The position numbers were made by a program, and so were the translations under genes. Shown piece after piece: positions 43,709 to 53,809 of a stretch of DNA of 64,000 nucleotides. Source of the DNA: Alphaproteobacteria bacterium (GTDB lineage: Bacteria > Pseudomonadota > Alphaproteobacteria > Methylaequorales > Methylaequoraceae); the NCBI GenBank assembly GCA_045563055.1, contig JBJKUR010000008.1, positions 131,786 through 195,785 of the forward strand, read 5' to 3'. Positions within the stretch are counted from its first letter, which is position 1, and the number at the start of each line of letters is the position of its first letter. The notes under the pieces were generated by a model, which saw nothing but the letters and a program-made list of their open reading frames with translations, had not been told where the DNA came from and made no database searches.

Positions 43709-46481
43709 AACAATAAATCTGCCAAAAACTGATTTTTCAATGAAAGCTAATTTGTCTGAAAAAGAAATCAGTTGGCTGGAGTTTTGGAAGAAAAAAAAGG
43801 TTTATGAAAACTTAAAGAAAAATAATAAGAATAATAAAAAATTTATACTCCATGATGGGCCTCCATATGCTAACGGTGATCTACATTTAGGACATGCTCT
43901 AAACAAAATTTTAAAAGATATAATATGCAGATTTAAATTTCAAAATTCATGTGATGTCGATTTCGTTCCTGGTTGGGATTGTCATGGTCTGCCGATTGAA
44001 TGGAAGGTGGAAGAAAACTACAAAAAATCTGGAAAAAATAAAAATCAAATTGAAATTAGTAAGTTTCGACAAGAATGCAGGAATTTTGCCAAATCCTGGG
44101 TGGAAATCCAAAAAAACCAATTTAACAGATTCGGAATTCAAACTGACTGGAAAGAAGTCTATTTGACGATGAACGAGGACTCAGAACTTACGATTGTTTC
44201 TGAACTATTAAAGTTTTTAGAATCCGAACAACTCTATCTTGGGTTTAAACCAGTAATGTGGTCTGTCGTGGAAAAAACGGCATTGGCAGAGGCTGAAATA
44301 GAGTATCACGAGAAAAAATCTAAGGCTATTTATGTAAAATTTCCGGTATTAAATGAAGAAGAAAATTTAAGTGTAGTGATATGGACAACTACACCATGGA
44401 CGATACCATGCAATAAAGCGATAGCTTTTTCAAGTAAGCTCAATTACAAAAAAGTTGAAATTACAGATGAAAATAATCATCATTTTCTCAAAAAGGGAGA
44501 TAAAATAATTATTGCAGAAGATCTAATTTTGGATTTTTGTAATACTCACTCTATAAAAGGTTTTAGTGTTCAGGAAACAATCAGTTCGACAGACTTAAAA
44601 AAATATTGTTGCGAGCACCCTTTTAAGGAACTGGGGTTTGATTTTTTAGTACGATTGTATGAGGGGCAACATGTTACAGCGGAAAGTGGAAGTGGATTTG
44701 TTCATATTGCACCTAATCATGGTTTAGAAGATTTTGAAGTTGGAATAGAAAATAAACTTGATAATTCCCCAACAGTTGATGAGAATGGACTTTACACTGA
44801 TAATATACCATTTTTTGAGGGTATACATGTATTTAAAGCTGATGACCAAGTAATTGCAGAACTTAAAAATAATAATAAGCTAATAAGCTGTAATGATTAT
44901 TTACATAGCTATCCTCATTCTTGGAGGTCTAAGGCGCCTTTAATTTTTAGAGCAACTTCTCAGTGGTTTATATCTCTTGAAAAAAAGGGGCTGAGAAAAA
45001 AAGCTTTAGAAGAAATTGAAAAAGTAAAATGGATCCCCAGCAATAGTAAAAATAGGATTCTTTCGATGGTAAAAGATAGACCTGATTGGTGTGTTTCAAG
45101 GCAAAGGTCGTGGGGAGTTCCTATCACAGTTTTTATTTCAAAAAAAAATGGAGAACCTTTAATAAATAAACAGGTCAATAAAAAAATATTGTCTATTATA
45201 GAAAAAGAGGGAATAGGCACATGGTTTGAAAAACCAGTAGAATATTTTTTAAGTGAAATAAAGAATTCTAATGAATACGTAAAAGTAAATTCTATCTTGG
45301 ATGTATGGTTTGATTCGGGTTCTAGTCATGTTTACGTGCTCAAAAATAAAGGAATCCAAGATCAGGCAGATTTATATCTTGAAGGATCTGATCAGCACCG
45401 AGGTTGGTTTCAAACTTCTTTACTAGAAAGTTGTGCAAACTATGGAATCAGTCCATTTAAAACCGTTATGACTCATGGGTTTGTAATTGATGAAAAAGGG
45501 AAAAAAATGTCAAAATCTATGGGGAATGTGATATTACCCTCCGATGTGATTAAAAAATATGGGGCTGATATTTTAAGAATCTGGGTTGCAAATTCTAATT
45601 ATGTTGAGGATATTAAAATTAGTTATCAGAATTTAGACAGACAGGCTGAGAGTTACAGAAAAATAAGAAATACAATAAGATTTATTTTAGGTAATTTAAA
45701 TAAACTACAAGTTAATGAAATGATTGAGCATGACTCTCTTCCTCCTTTAGAGAAATTTATTAGGCATAAATTGTTTAATTTAAATAAACAGATTAATGAT
45801 CACTATGAAGAGTTTAACTTTTATAAGGCATTCCAATTAATTTTCGGATTTTGTTCTCAAGAACTCTCTTCATTATTTTTCGATATTAGAAAAGATGCAT
45901 TATATTGCGAATCGGCAAACTCAATAAAAGTTAGGTCAACTAAGACCGTGATGATAGATGTATTCCAATGTTTAATAAGATGGCTTTGTCCTATTATTCC
46001 TTTTACCACAGAGGAGGCCTGGCAAAATTGGCTGCAAATTAGTGAAAATGAGAGTGAGATAAGTTGCCACTATTTGAAGAAGATTGAAATACCGTCTATA
46101 TGGAATGATATAAAACTAGATAATCATTGGTCAAAAATTTTGGAAATAAAAAATTTATTTAGCTACGTAGTGGAGCAAAAAAGAAATTCAAAAGAAATTA
46201 AATCCAGCTTAGAAGCTAAAGTTTTTATTTTTTTTAAAGATATAGAGTTTAAAAAGATTGTGGAGAAAATTAATATGAGTGAAATATTAATATCCTCAGA
46301 GGTAGAAATTTCTGAGAAATTTGATAATGATTTCTATTTTGATGGCGATAAAAAAATAGGTGTGAAAATTACCAAAGAAGATGGAGAAAAATGTCCAAGA
46401 TGTTGGAGGGTATTTAAAAAATCTGCAATTTCTAAAAATTACTTATGCTTTAGATGTGATGAACTATTAAATGAGTGTTAA
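43692..46481 (+). CDS. ileS: Isoleucine--tRNA ligase (type 1)
   Basis: HDGPPYANG..HLGH, WTTTPWT, EGSDQHRGWF, KMSKS, C-terminal CPRCW..C.RC. Confidence 0.98.
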   Translation: MKDYSKTINLPKTDFSMKANLSEKEISWLEFWKKKKVYENLKKNNKNNKKFILHDGPPYANGDLHLGHALNKILKDIICRFKFQNSCDVDFVPGWDCHGLPIEWKVEENYKKSGKNKNQIEISKFRQECRNFAKSWVEIQKNQFNRFGIQTDWKEVYLTMNEDSELTIVSELLKFLESEQLYLGFKPVMWSVVEKTALAEAEIEYHEKKSKAIYVKFPVLNEEENLSVVIWTTTPWTIPCNKAIAFSSKLNYKKVEITDENNHHFLKKGDKIIIAEDLILDFCNTHSIKGFSVQETISSTDLKKYCCEHPFKELGFDFLVRLYEGQHVTAESGSGFVHIAPNHGLEDFEVGIENKLDNSPTVDENGLYTDNIPFFEGIHVFKADDQVIAELKNNNKLISCNDYLHSYPHSWRSKAPLIFRATSQWFISLEKKGLRKKALEEIEKVKWIPSNSKNRILSMVKDRPDWCVSRQRSWGVPITVFISKKNGEPLINKQVNKKILSIIEKEGIGTWFEKPVEYFLSEIKNSNEYVKVNSILDVWFDSGSSHVYVLKNKGIQDQADLYLEGSDQHRGWFQTSLLESCANYGISPFKTVMTHGFVIDEKGKKMSKSMGNVILPSDVIKKYGADILRIWVANSNYVEDIKISYQNLDRQAESYRKIRNTIRFILGNLNKLQVNEMIEHDSLPPLEKFIRHKLFNLNKQINDHYEEFNFYKAFQLIFGFCSQELSSLFFDIRKDALYCESANSIKVRSTKTVMIDVFQCLIRWLCPIIPFTTEEAWQNWLQISENESEISCHYLKKIEIPSIWNDIKLDNHWSKILEIKNLFSYVVEQKRNSKEIKSSLEAKVFIFFKDIEFKKIVEKINMSEILISSEVEISEKFDNDFYFDGDKKIGVKITKEDGEKCPRCWRVFKKSAISKNYLCFRCDELLNEC

Positions 46482-46938
46482 TAGAAAAACAATCTTAAAT
46501 GCCTTCCTGATTGCTTCTGTATGTGTGCTGATAGATCAGCTTTCAAAAAATTTTGTTAAGAGCTATCTTCTAAAAAATGATTCAGTAATAAGAATTTTTG
46601 ATGGCTTAAACATTGTATACGTTGAGAATAAAGGAGTAAGCTTTGGTATCCTTGCAGAATTCAATATAACATTCTTTTTGGGTATTCTTTCAATTTTAAT
46701 TTCTTTTTATATTATATTTTTAATTCTAAAGTCTAAAGACAGCGTTGAAAAAAACTCATTATCCTTAATATTGGGTGGCGCACTAGGAAATGGTTTTGAC
46801 AGAATAGTATATGGACGCGTTGTTGATTTTATTGATTTTTATTACAAAAACGTTCATTGGCCAGCATTTAATTTTGCTGACTCATTTATAACAATTGGGG
46901 CAACAATATTCTTTGTAAAAATTCTAAAAAATAACTGA
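46471..46938 (+). CDS. lspA: Lipoprotein signal peptidase II
   Basis: DQLSK, N.GVSFG, GGALGN..DR, VVDF, FNFAD..I. Confidence 0.96.
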   Translation: MSVNRKTILNAFLIASVCVLIDQLSKNFVKSYLLKNDSVIRIFDGLNIVYVENKGVSFGILAEFNITFFLGILSILISFYIIFLILKSKDSVEKNSLSLILGGALGNGFDRIVYGRVVDFIDFYYKNVHWPAFNFADSFITIGATIFFVKILKNN

Positions 46939-47039
46939 AAAATAAATATGAATTATGCTTTTCAAAAGGAGAAACTAATGTTATAGATAAACAAAATGTT
47001 CTTATAATTTTTTTTTGAAACACTATATATAGTATTCTT

Positions 47040-47672
47040 ATGAACCAATTTAACAAAATAACAACATTTGGGTTATTTTTTCTTTCAGTGTTGATACAAT
47101 CCTGCACCACAATTGAATCAACAGTGAACTCAACAATAGATTCCATCTCTGAAGCAGGAGATTTCTTGTATGATTCTGTAAATTTTTGGGAAGATGAAGA
47201 ACCTGAGCAGAGCGAGGCCGTTGTAATAGAGGAAGCTGTGGAAGTACCAGATTATGCATTGCCTGATATGAATTATTTTGAAGATTCAGATTCAGTTGTT
47301 GGTCAGCCCCAAAATATGCAATCAAACCTCCAGCCTCAACCCTATTACGACCCAATTTACCGAAGCGCTAGACAATATTACTTTGTAGGTCCTAATGGCA
47401 CACCTATGTTAGCACCTCCTCCTCCTCCATTTCCTCAGTATTCTATAGATCAAGCTCCACCAATGCCATACTCTTACTCAAATAGTCTAGGTATCCAAGG
47501 TTATACTCCAATACCTGGTCAACCAGGAATGAATCCGGTACCAAACATCAAGTCGTCAAATAAATTAATGACTCTTGAAGAAGAGATGGAGCTATTTGGC
47601 ATCCAAAATGATTGTGTTAGAGTGAAAGAAGACTACGTAAACGGGGGATTTATGTGTGATGACTATGATTAA
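47040..47672 (+). CDS. Hypothetical acidic, Pro/Gln/Tyr-rich lipoprotein
   Basis: 210 aa ORF with a signal peptide and lipobox-like LIQSC. No family recognised. Confidence 0.7.
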   Translation: MNQFNKITTFGLFFLSVLIQSCTTIESTVNSTIDSISEAGDFLYDSVNFWEDEEPEQSEAVVIEEAVEVPDYALPDMNYFEDSDSVVGQPQNMQSNLQPQPYYDPIYRSARQYYFVGPNGTPMLAPPPPPFPQYSIDQAPPMPYSYSNSLGIQGYTPIPGQPGMNPVPNIKSSNKLMTLEEEMELFGIQNDCVRVKEDYVNGGFMCDDYD

Positions 47673-48234
47673 GTTATACACTAAATTTGCACTCTTGTTA
47701 TTTTTGTTAAATTCTTGTGAAACACTCCAGGACTTTGCAGGTTTATCCAAACCAGACTTAGAAAATGATATTTTTGATCAAACTCCTGATTTAATTTTGC
47801 CACCAGACTTCAATAAGGTTGCACGACAAAGTAGCAAAATCTCAAGACAACCTGTTGTCAATCAAACAGAAGAAAATATTTTTAAGTTTCAATCTCAAAG
47901 TGTTCAACCCCGAGTTACAAACTTTATTGCACCTTCAATAAACGTTGAATCTTCTCCAACCCCGTCAGACTCTTTAGAGCGTTTCAAAGAGAATAAAAAA
48001 TTTAGCATTGGTCAATGGGTTTATGGAAGATATGTAGAAGGTTATAGACAGGGCAATCTATACTACAGACCAATCTATGACAAAGGTTACAATTTCTCTA
48101 GAAGGTATATACCTGATCAAAATGTTTCCTCCTTTTTAACACCACAATTTAACTATGGTGATGTGGCTCCGAACGTATCAAGACAAAATAGTTCAGATAT
48201 TCAAAACGTAGACAGTTTGCCTGTTATTGATTAA
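47665..48234 (+). CDS. Putative lipoprotein with a DUF3035-like N-terminus
   Basis: Lipobox-like LLNSC, G..KPD....PDL.LPPDF motif, position between lspA and the M16 pair. Probable ATG at 47665. Confidence 0.6.
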   Translation: MIKLYTKFALLLFLLNSCETLQDFAGLSKPDLENDIFDQTPDLILPPDFNKVARQSSKISRQPVVNQTEENIFKFQSQSVQPRVTNFIAPSINVESSPTPSDSLERFKENKKFSIGQWVYGRYVEGYRQGNLYYRPIYDKGYNFSRRYIPDQNVSSFLTPQFNYGDVAPNVSRQNSSDIQNVDSLPVID

Positions 48235-49548
48235 ATGAAGTTTATTGCTGTTTTTTTTATATTTCTTTTATATTTCGAAAAACCTGAATCCAAAAGAATA
48301 TTTGACGCCAAAGAGTTCACATTAAAAAATGGTTTACAAGTTGTAATTGTAGAAAATCCTAGGGCACCTGTTGTAGCACAAATGATTTGGTATAACTTTG
48401 GATCTGATATTGAAAGTCCTGGTAAGAGTGGGTTAGCTCATTTTATGGAGCATTTGATGTTTAAAGGTACACAAAAATACCCTGAAAGTTTTTTTTCAAA
48501 CTTTCTTTCAAAGATTGGTGGAAGTGAGAATGCATTTACTAGTTACGATTACACTGCTTACTATCAAATTTTTCCAAGTGAGCACTTGGAAAAGGTTTTA
48601 GAATTAGAAGCCGATAGAATGAAAAACTTGGTCCTTTCAAAAAAAAATGTTCAAACTGAAAAAAAAGTTATTTTGGAGGAACGTTTTCAAAGAGTAGAGA
48701 GTAATCCGTCTGCCCAACTAGATGAATCAATGAGAAATATACTATATCCTAATAACTACTACGGGAGACCTATAATAGGGTGGAAGCATGAGATAGAAAA
48801 TTTAAGTTATGAGGATGTCATAAAATTCTATCAAAAAAACTATAGTCCAGAAAATGCGGTTTTAGTTCTTTCAGGAAATGTGAAGTTAAAAGATGCCAAG
48901 AAACTAGTTAAGAAGTATTACGGTAATTTTGATAAGGTATCAAAGAAGAAAAGGGTGAATTTAATTGACCCTGATTTAAAAACATTAACAAAGGTTGAGT
49001 TGCGTCACCCAAATGTTAAGCAACAAATTTGGAAAAGAATATACAGAACAAAATCTTACATGGATTCAATTGAGAAGGCAATTGCGCTTGATATTGGTCT
49101 AAAAATTTTAGCTGGTGGCTCATCAAGCATTCTATATGACGAATTAGTAAATAAAAAAAAAACTTTTTCTATGATAGGAGGCTTTTATCAGGGGCTAACT
49201 CGCGGACAAGGCTATGTTTATTTTTATGCAATACCGAATAAGAGGTTTGATGATGATGAACTAAACAAATTAATTGAAGATGAAGTAGAAAAAGCAATTG
49301 AAACTAAAGTTACGGAAGATAAGTTAGAATTAGAAAAAAAGAAATATTATTTCGACAGTATTTATGGAATGGATGGAGTTCTTAAACCAGCAGAAATAAT
49401 AGGTGAGGCATTGACTGTTGGTTTGAATTTAAATGATATAGAGAACTGGAATAATAAACTTAAAAAAATTAGTTTAGATATGGTTAAAAAAGAATTAGAG
49501 GAGCTCTCGAGAAATAAAAATTTTGTAACAGGAAATCTTAAAAATTGA
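48235..49548 (+). CDS. M16 (insulinase/pitrilysin-like) zinc peptidase, catalytic subunit
   Basis: G.AHFMEHLMFKGT (HxxEH), NAFTS.D.T.Y, EER; signal peptide. Confidence 0.92.
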   Translation: MKFIAVFFIFLLYFEKPESKRIFDAKEFTLKNGLQVVIVENPRAPVVAQMIWYNFGSDIESPGKSGLAHFMEHLMFKGTQKYPESFFSNFLSKIGGSENAFTSYDYTAYYQIFPSEHLEKVLELEADRMKNLVLSKKNVQTEKKVILEERFQRVESNPSAQLDESMRNILYPNNYYGRPIIGWKHEIENLSYEDVIKFYQKNYSPENAVLVLSGNVKLKDAKKLVKKYYGNFDKVSKKKRVNLIDPDLKTLTKVELRHPNVKQQIWKRIYRTKSYMDSIEKAIALDIGLKILAGGSSSILYDELVNKKKTFSMIGGFYQGLTRGQGYVYFYAIPNKRFDDDELNKLIEDEVEKAIETKVTEDKLELEKKKYYFDSIYGMDGVLKPAEIIGEALTVGLNLNDIENWNNKLKKISLDMVKKELEELSRNKNFVTGNLKN

Positions 49549-50834
49549 AATTTGTTTTTTTAATATTAATTTTTTTTTTCAAAACTCCAGATGCACTGGA
49601 ATACAAACAACTTGAGACAAGAAAAGGCATAAAATTCTGGTTTGTTGAGGAGTCATCGATTCCTATAATAAGTGTGAGTTTTAGCTTTCGGGGTGGGTCT
49701 TCATTGGAGCCACCTAATAAGCATGGTTTGATGAATCTAATGTCTTCACTTATGGATGAGGGAACATCAAAATATAACGCCAGTGAATTCAAAAACATGG
49801 TAAAAAATAATGGAGTGAAACTAAATTTTTCAACTCAAAAAGATCAACTCACTGGATCATTTCAAGTTATTTCAACTCAAAAACAAAAAGGATTCGAGTT
49901 GTTTTACGAAGCGCTAAACCACCCAAGATTCGATAAGGATGATATTAATAAAATTAAAAATCAGATTGTTGCTAGTATCAAAATTGATCAATCAAATATT
50001 TCAACTCTAGCGTCTGATAAATTTAATGAGAATTTTTTCTTAGAACATAACTTTTCAAAAAATGTTAAAGGCTCTAAACAATCACTCCAAAATATAACAA
50101 GGGATGACTTACTAAGAGTTCATAAAAAAATTCTTCAAAAACGAAACTTAGTTATCGGAGTTTCTGGAAAAATTAGTGAAAGAGAAATAAAGAAATTGAT
50201 TGACTTCGTTTTTGGTGAAACAGGAGATGATCCTAAAATTAAGGGACCTAATCCTTTTTCAGTTTTGATGAAAGGGACGAAAGTCCATAAAATGCAAACT
50301 CCTCAAACTAGTGTTGTATTTGGACATCCAGGTGTTTCCAGAAAAGATGAGGTTTTCTTTGCACTTCGCATAGCAAATTATGTTTTAGGAGGAGGTGGGT
50401 TTCAATCAAGATTATATAAAAATATCAGGGAGAAAAAAGGTTTGGTATACTCTGTCTATTCATACTTGCTTTCATATGAAAATGATGGAGTAATTGTTGG
50501 AGGTTTTCAAACACGAAATAAATCTGTAAATGAAACAATTAACAGAGTAAGAAATGAATGGAATAAAATACAGAAAAATGGAATTAGCAAGCAAGAACTT
50601 GAAGACGCAAAAGCTTACTTTAATGGTTCTTTCATAAGAAATTTTACCAGTACAATTTCAATTGCTAATTTATTACAGATTGTTCAATATTATGATCTTG
50701 GTGAGGATTATTTTAGAATAAGATCAAAAATTATCAATAATTTAAGTTTAAAAGAGGTAAATAGTATTATTGCTGAATTCTTTAAGACCGACCAATTGTT
50801 TTTTATGATAGTTGGGGAACCCGGTAAAAAATGA
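49545..50834 (+). CDS. M16 peptidase, non-catalytic partner subunit
   Basis: No HxxEH; LGGGGF.SRL...IREKKGL.Y (R/Y pair); tandem with the catalytic M16 gene. Confidence 0.88.
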   Translation: MKFVFLILIFFFKTPDALEYKQLETRKGIKFWFVEESSIPIISVSFSFRGGSSLEPPNKHGLMNLMSSLMDEGTSKYNASEFKNMVKNNGVKLNFSTQKDQLTGSFQVISTQKQKGFELFYEALNHPRFDKDDINKIKNQIVASIKIDQSNISTLASDKFNENFFLEHNFSKNVKGSKQSLQNITRDDLLRVHKKILQKRNLVIGVSGKISEREIKKLIDFVFGETGDDPKIKGPNPFSVLMKGTKVHKMQTPQTSVVFGHPGVSRKDEVFFALRIANYVLGGGGFQSRLYKNIREKKGLVYSVYSYLLSYENDGVIVGGFQTRNKSVNETINRVRNEWNKIQKNGISKQELEDAKAYFNGSFIRNFTSTISIANLLQIVQYYDLGEDYFRIRSKIINNLSLKEVNSIIAEFFKTDQLFFMIVGEPGKK

Positions 50835-52096
50835 CCTTTTCACAAGAGATATATAATAGTGGAAATTTCTTAACAAAAATAAAATCAAAAGATTTTTTGA
50901 GTGCTAAGAAAAAGCTTTTAGATTCTTTAAAAAATAATTCATTCGGTTTTTTAGAGGATCTTAATAATAAAGACTTTTTATTAATAAAACAGAATGTTAA
51001 AAAATTAAAAAAATACAGTGATATTTTATTTCTTGGAACAGGTGGTTCAAGTCTTGGTGGCAAAACTTTAGTGGAAATTTCAGACTATCTATATTCAGAA
51101 AAAAAAACACCAAGTCTTCATTTCATTGAAAATATAGAAACAAATTCAATTCTTAGAAAAATTAGATCAATTAATCTAAATAATACAGCTATCGTGGTGA
51201 TATCAAAGTCTGGAGAAACAATTGAAACAATTTCACAGTTTTTTTTTGTAAAGAGTTTTTACCAAAAGAGCAGGGTTTCTATTGAAAATAAAGTTTTTGT
51301 CGTAACAGAAAATAAACAAAGTACTCTTAAGAAAATTCAAGAGGCTAATAATTTTAATTATTTAGAGCATCCAAGATCTGTTGGAGGTAGGTTTTCTGTT
51401 TTCTCTATTGTTGGTTTACTCCCGGCATCTTTAAATAAGTTTAAGATCGAAGATTTCTGCAAAGGAGGTAAAAATTTTCTCAATATTGTAAGAAAAGATG
51501 GAAACTTCGATAATTTATTTTTTCCAGTTTTATCATTGTGCAAAAATCATAGAAAAATAAATATGTCGATACTAATGCCATATTCCGATGCACTCTATAA
51601 CCTTTCCTTTTGGTACAGACAGTTATGGGGAGAGAGCATTGGGAAAAAAAGAAAAGGAATTACTCCTATTAATGCATTAGGCACTGTGGATCAGCATAGT
51701 CAGTTGCAATTATATTTAGATGGTCCAAGAGATAAATTCTTCACGATTATTGGAAAAAAAAAGATTGATTCTTTCCAAAAGTTAGACTGTTCATATTCAC
51801 AAAAAGACAAATATTCTCCTTTACATGGAAAATCATTGCAACAACTTTTCTTTGCGGAAATGCATGCCACTATTCAAACCCTTAAAGATAAGAAATTACC
51901 AATTAGAACATTATTCTTAGATGATTTTAATGAAATAGAATTAGGAAAATTGATGATGTTTTTCTTTTTAGAAACGATAATGGGCTGTTTTATCCTAAAA
52001 ATAAACCCTTTCGATCAACCAGCGGTAGAAAAGGGGAAGCAGTTAGCCTTAAAATACTTGGATGAATATGGGACAAATCAAAGAACTATCCGATAA
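50831..52096 (+). CDS. pgi: Glucose-6-phosphate isomerase (short type)
   Basis: GTGGSSLG, SKSG.T.ET, VGGRFSV.S, QLWGES.GK, DQHSQLQ, PFDQPAVE.GK. Confidence 0.94.
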   Translation: MTFSQEIYNSGNFLTKIKSKDFLSAKKKLLDSLKNNSFGFLEDLNNKDFLLIKQNVKKLKKYSDILFLGTGGSSLGGKTLVEISDYLYSEKKTPSLHFIENIETNSILRKIRSINLNNTAIVVISKSGETIETISQFFFVKSFYQKSRVSIENKVFVVTENKQSTLKKIQEANNFNYLEHPRSVGGRFSVFSIVGLLPASLNKFKIEDFCKGGKNFLNIVRKDGNFDNLFFPVLSLCKNHRKINMSILMPYSDALYNLSFWYRQLWGESIGKKRKGITPINALGTVDQHSQLQLYLDGPRDKFFTIIGKKKIDSFQKLDCSYSQKDKYSPLHGKSLQQLFFAEMHATIQTLKDKKLPIRTLFLDDFNEIELGKLMMFFFLETIMGCFILKINPFDQPAVEKGKQLALKYLDEYGTNQRTIR

Positions 52097-53807
52097 TATT
52101 ATTAATAAAATTGCAGCTGGTGAAGTATTAGAAAGACCTGCTTCTGCTGTTAAAGAGTTAGTTGAAAATAGCCTTGATGCTAATGCAAAAGTTATTGATA
52201 TTATAGTAAGAGACGGTGGTAAAACTGAAATTTCCGTATCAGATGATGGTATTGGCATCCAAGAAGAAGATTTGAAAAAAGCTGTAAGTAGGCATGCCAC
52301 ATCAAAACTTAATGAAAATAATTTCGATAGAATTAAGACACTAGGTTTCAGAGGAGAAGCATTATCTTCGATAGTTTCTGTGGCTGAAGTTACATTGAGA
52401 ACAAGCGCTAAAGATAATTCTGAAGGATATGAAATGAAAATCATTTCTGGTGAAGAAAAATATTGTAAACCAATTAAAAAAAAAAGAGGGTGTTTAGTAA
52501 GAGTAAACAATCTTTTTTTTTCAACCCCCGCAAGATTGAAGTTCCTTAAGTCTGAAAACTATGAGTCATTACTTATAAAACGATTGGTTCAAAAGTTTTC
52601 ACTCATTTTTTTTGATGTCCAATTTAATTTGAGAATCAATAATAAACAACTTATATCTACAGTTCCTTCTAATGATAAAAATTGGAAGGATAGATTTTTT
52701 AGAAGAGTTGACAATCTTCTTGGGAGTGAGTTTTTAGAAAACAGTGTGGAATTATCTGAAGAGAAAAATAATGTAAAAATATTCGGACTTATCGGTTTGC
52801 CCACGTTCAATTATTCAAATTCAAATAACCAGTTTATTTTTGTGAACAACAGGATCATTAATGATAAAGCATTGAATTCAATCATGAGAGTTGCTTATAA
52901 AGATTTTATGTTTCATGATAGATTCCCACAATTAATCTTAAATATTCAATGTCCTCATGAACACCTAGATATTAATGTTCATCCTATGAAAAATGAAGTG
53001 AGATTCGAGAATTTTAGTTTTTTAAAATCCTTTATTATTAGTTCGATCAGATTGAAACTTCAGTTTATTACAGATAAACCTAGCGTTATAAACTCTCCAA
53101 GATCTTTGAATAGAAATAATACTGGCGATTACCAAACAAAACTATCCTTGAAGGAAGAAAATACGTATGACTTCGAGAGTGTTGAGCAAAAAAAAGATTA
53201 TATTTATCAGAATTATGATATAGAAAGCTATCCCCTTGGTCATGCAAGAAGTCAATTTCATAATAACTATATTATATCTCAAACAAATGAGGGTATAGTT
53301 ATAGTTGACCAACATGCAGCGCATGAAAGGATAGTCTACGAAGAATTAAAAGATAATTATTACAACAAAAAAATAAACACTCAAATACTATTAATTCCAA
53401 TTATAATAAATCTAGAAAAATTAGATTTAGATGTAATTGAAAATAAGTTAATTCTATTAGAAAGATATGGCCTAAAAATTGAATTTTTTGGGTCAACTTC
53501 GGTTATTGTTAGAGAAGTTCCGGCCATAATAGCAAATTGTGATATCAAATTATTAGTCGAAAAACTTATTCAAGAAATAGTTGATGATCAACACTTCGAC
53601 TCACTAGAAGTTCAAGTAAATAAAATATGTTCGACTTTAGCTTGTTATGGGTCTATAAGGTCTGGGAGAGAGTTGCAAGTTGAGGAGATGAATAATCTTC
53701 TGAGAAAAATGGAGCAAACTAAGTATTCAGCTCAATGTAATCATGGCCGCCCGACATTTATAAAACTAGATTTAAATGAAATAGAGAAAATGTTTAAAAG
53801 AAAATAA
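52062..53807 (+). CDS. mutL: DNA mismatch repair endonuclease MutL
   Basis: IAAGEV.ERPAS.VKEL.ENS.DA, GFRGEAL, DQHAAHER..YE endonuclease motif, CNHGRP. The start may be 52068. Confidence 0.97.
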   Translation: MNMGQIKELSDNIINKIAAGEVLERPASAVKELVENSLDANAKVIDIIVRDGGKTEISVSDDGIGIQEEDLKKAVSRHATSKLNENNFDRIKTLGFRGEALSSIVSVAEVTLRTSAKDNSEGYEMKIISGEEKYCKPIKKKRGCLVRVNNLFFSTPARLKFLKSENYESLLIKRLVQKFSLIFFDVQFNLRINNKQLISTVPSNDKNWKDRFFRRVDNLLGSEFLENSVELSEEKNNVKIFGLIGLPTFNYSNSNNQFIFVNNRIINDKALNSIMRVAYKDFMFHDRFPQLILNIQCPHEHLDINVHPMKNEVRFENFSFLKSFIISSIRLKLQFITDKPSVINSPRSLNRNNTGDYQTKLSLKEENTYDFESVEQKKDYIYQNYDIESYPLGHARSQFHNNYIISQTNEGIVIVDQHAAHERIVYEELKDNYYNKKINTQILLIPIIINLEKLDLDVIENKLILLERYGLKIEFFGSTSVIVREVPAIIANCDIKLLVEKLIQEIVDDQHFDSLEVQVNKICSTLACYGSIRSGRELQVEEMNNLLRKMEQTKYSAQCNHGRPTFIKLDLNEIEKMFKRK

Positions 53808-53809
53808 TT

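Noticed and set aside
49545-50834. M16 protein without HxxEH as a pseudogene or a mitochondrial-processing-peptidase novelty
   Set aside because: Catalytic plus non-catalytic M16 pairs are ordinary in alphaproteobacteria, and the Gly loop is the short bacterial form.
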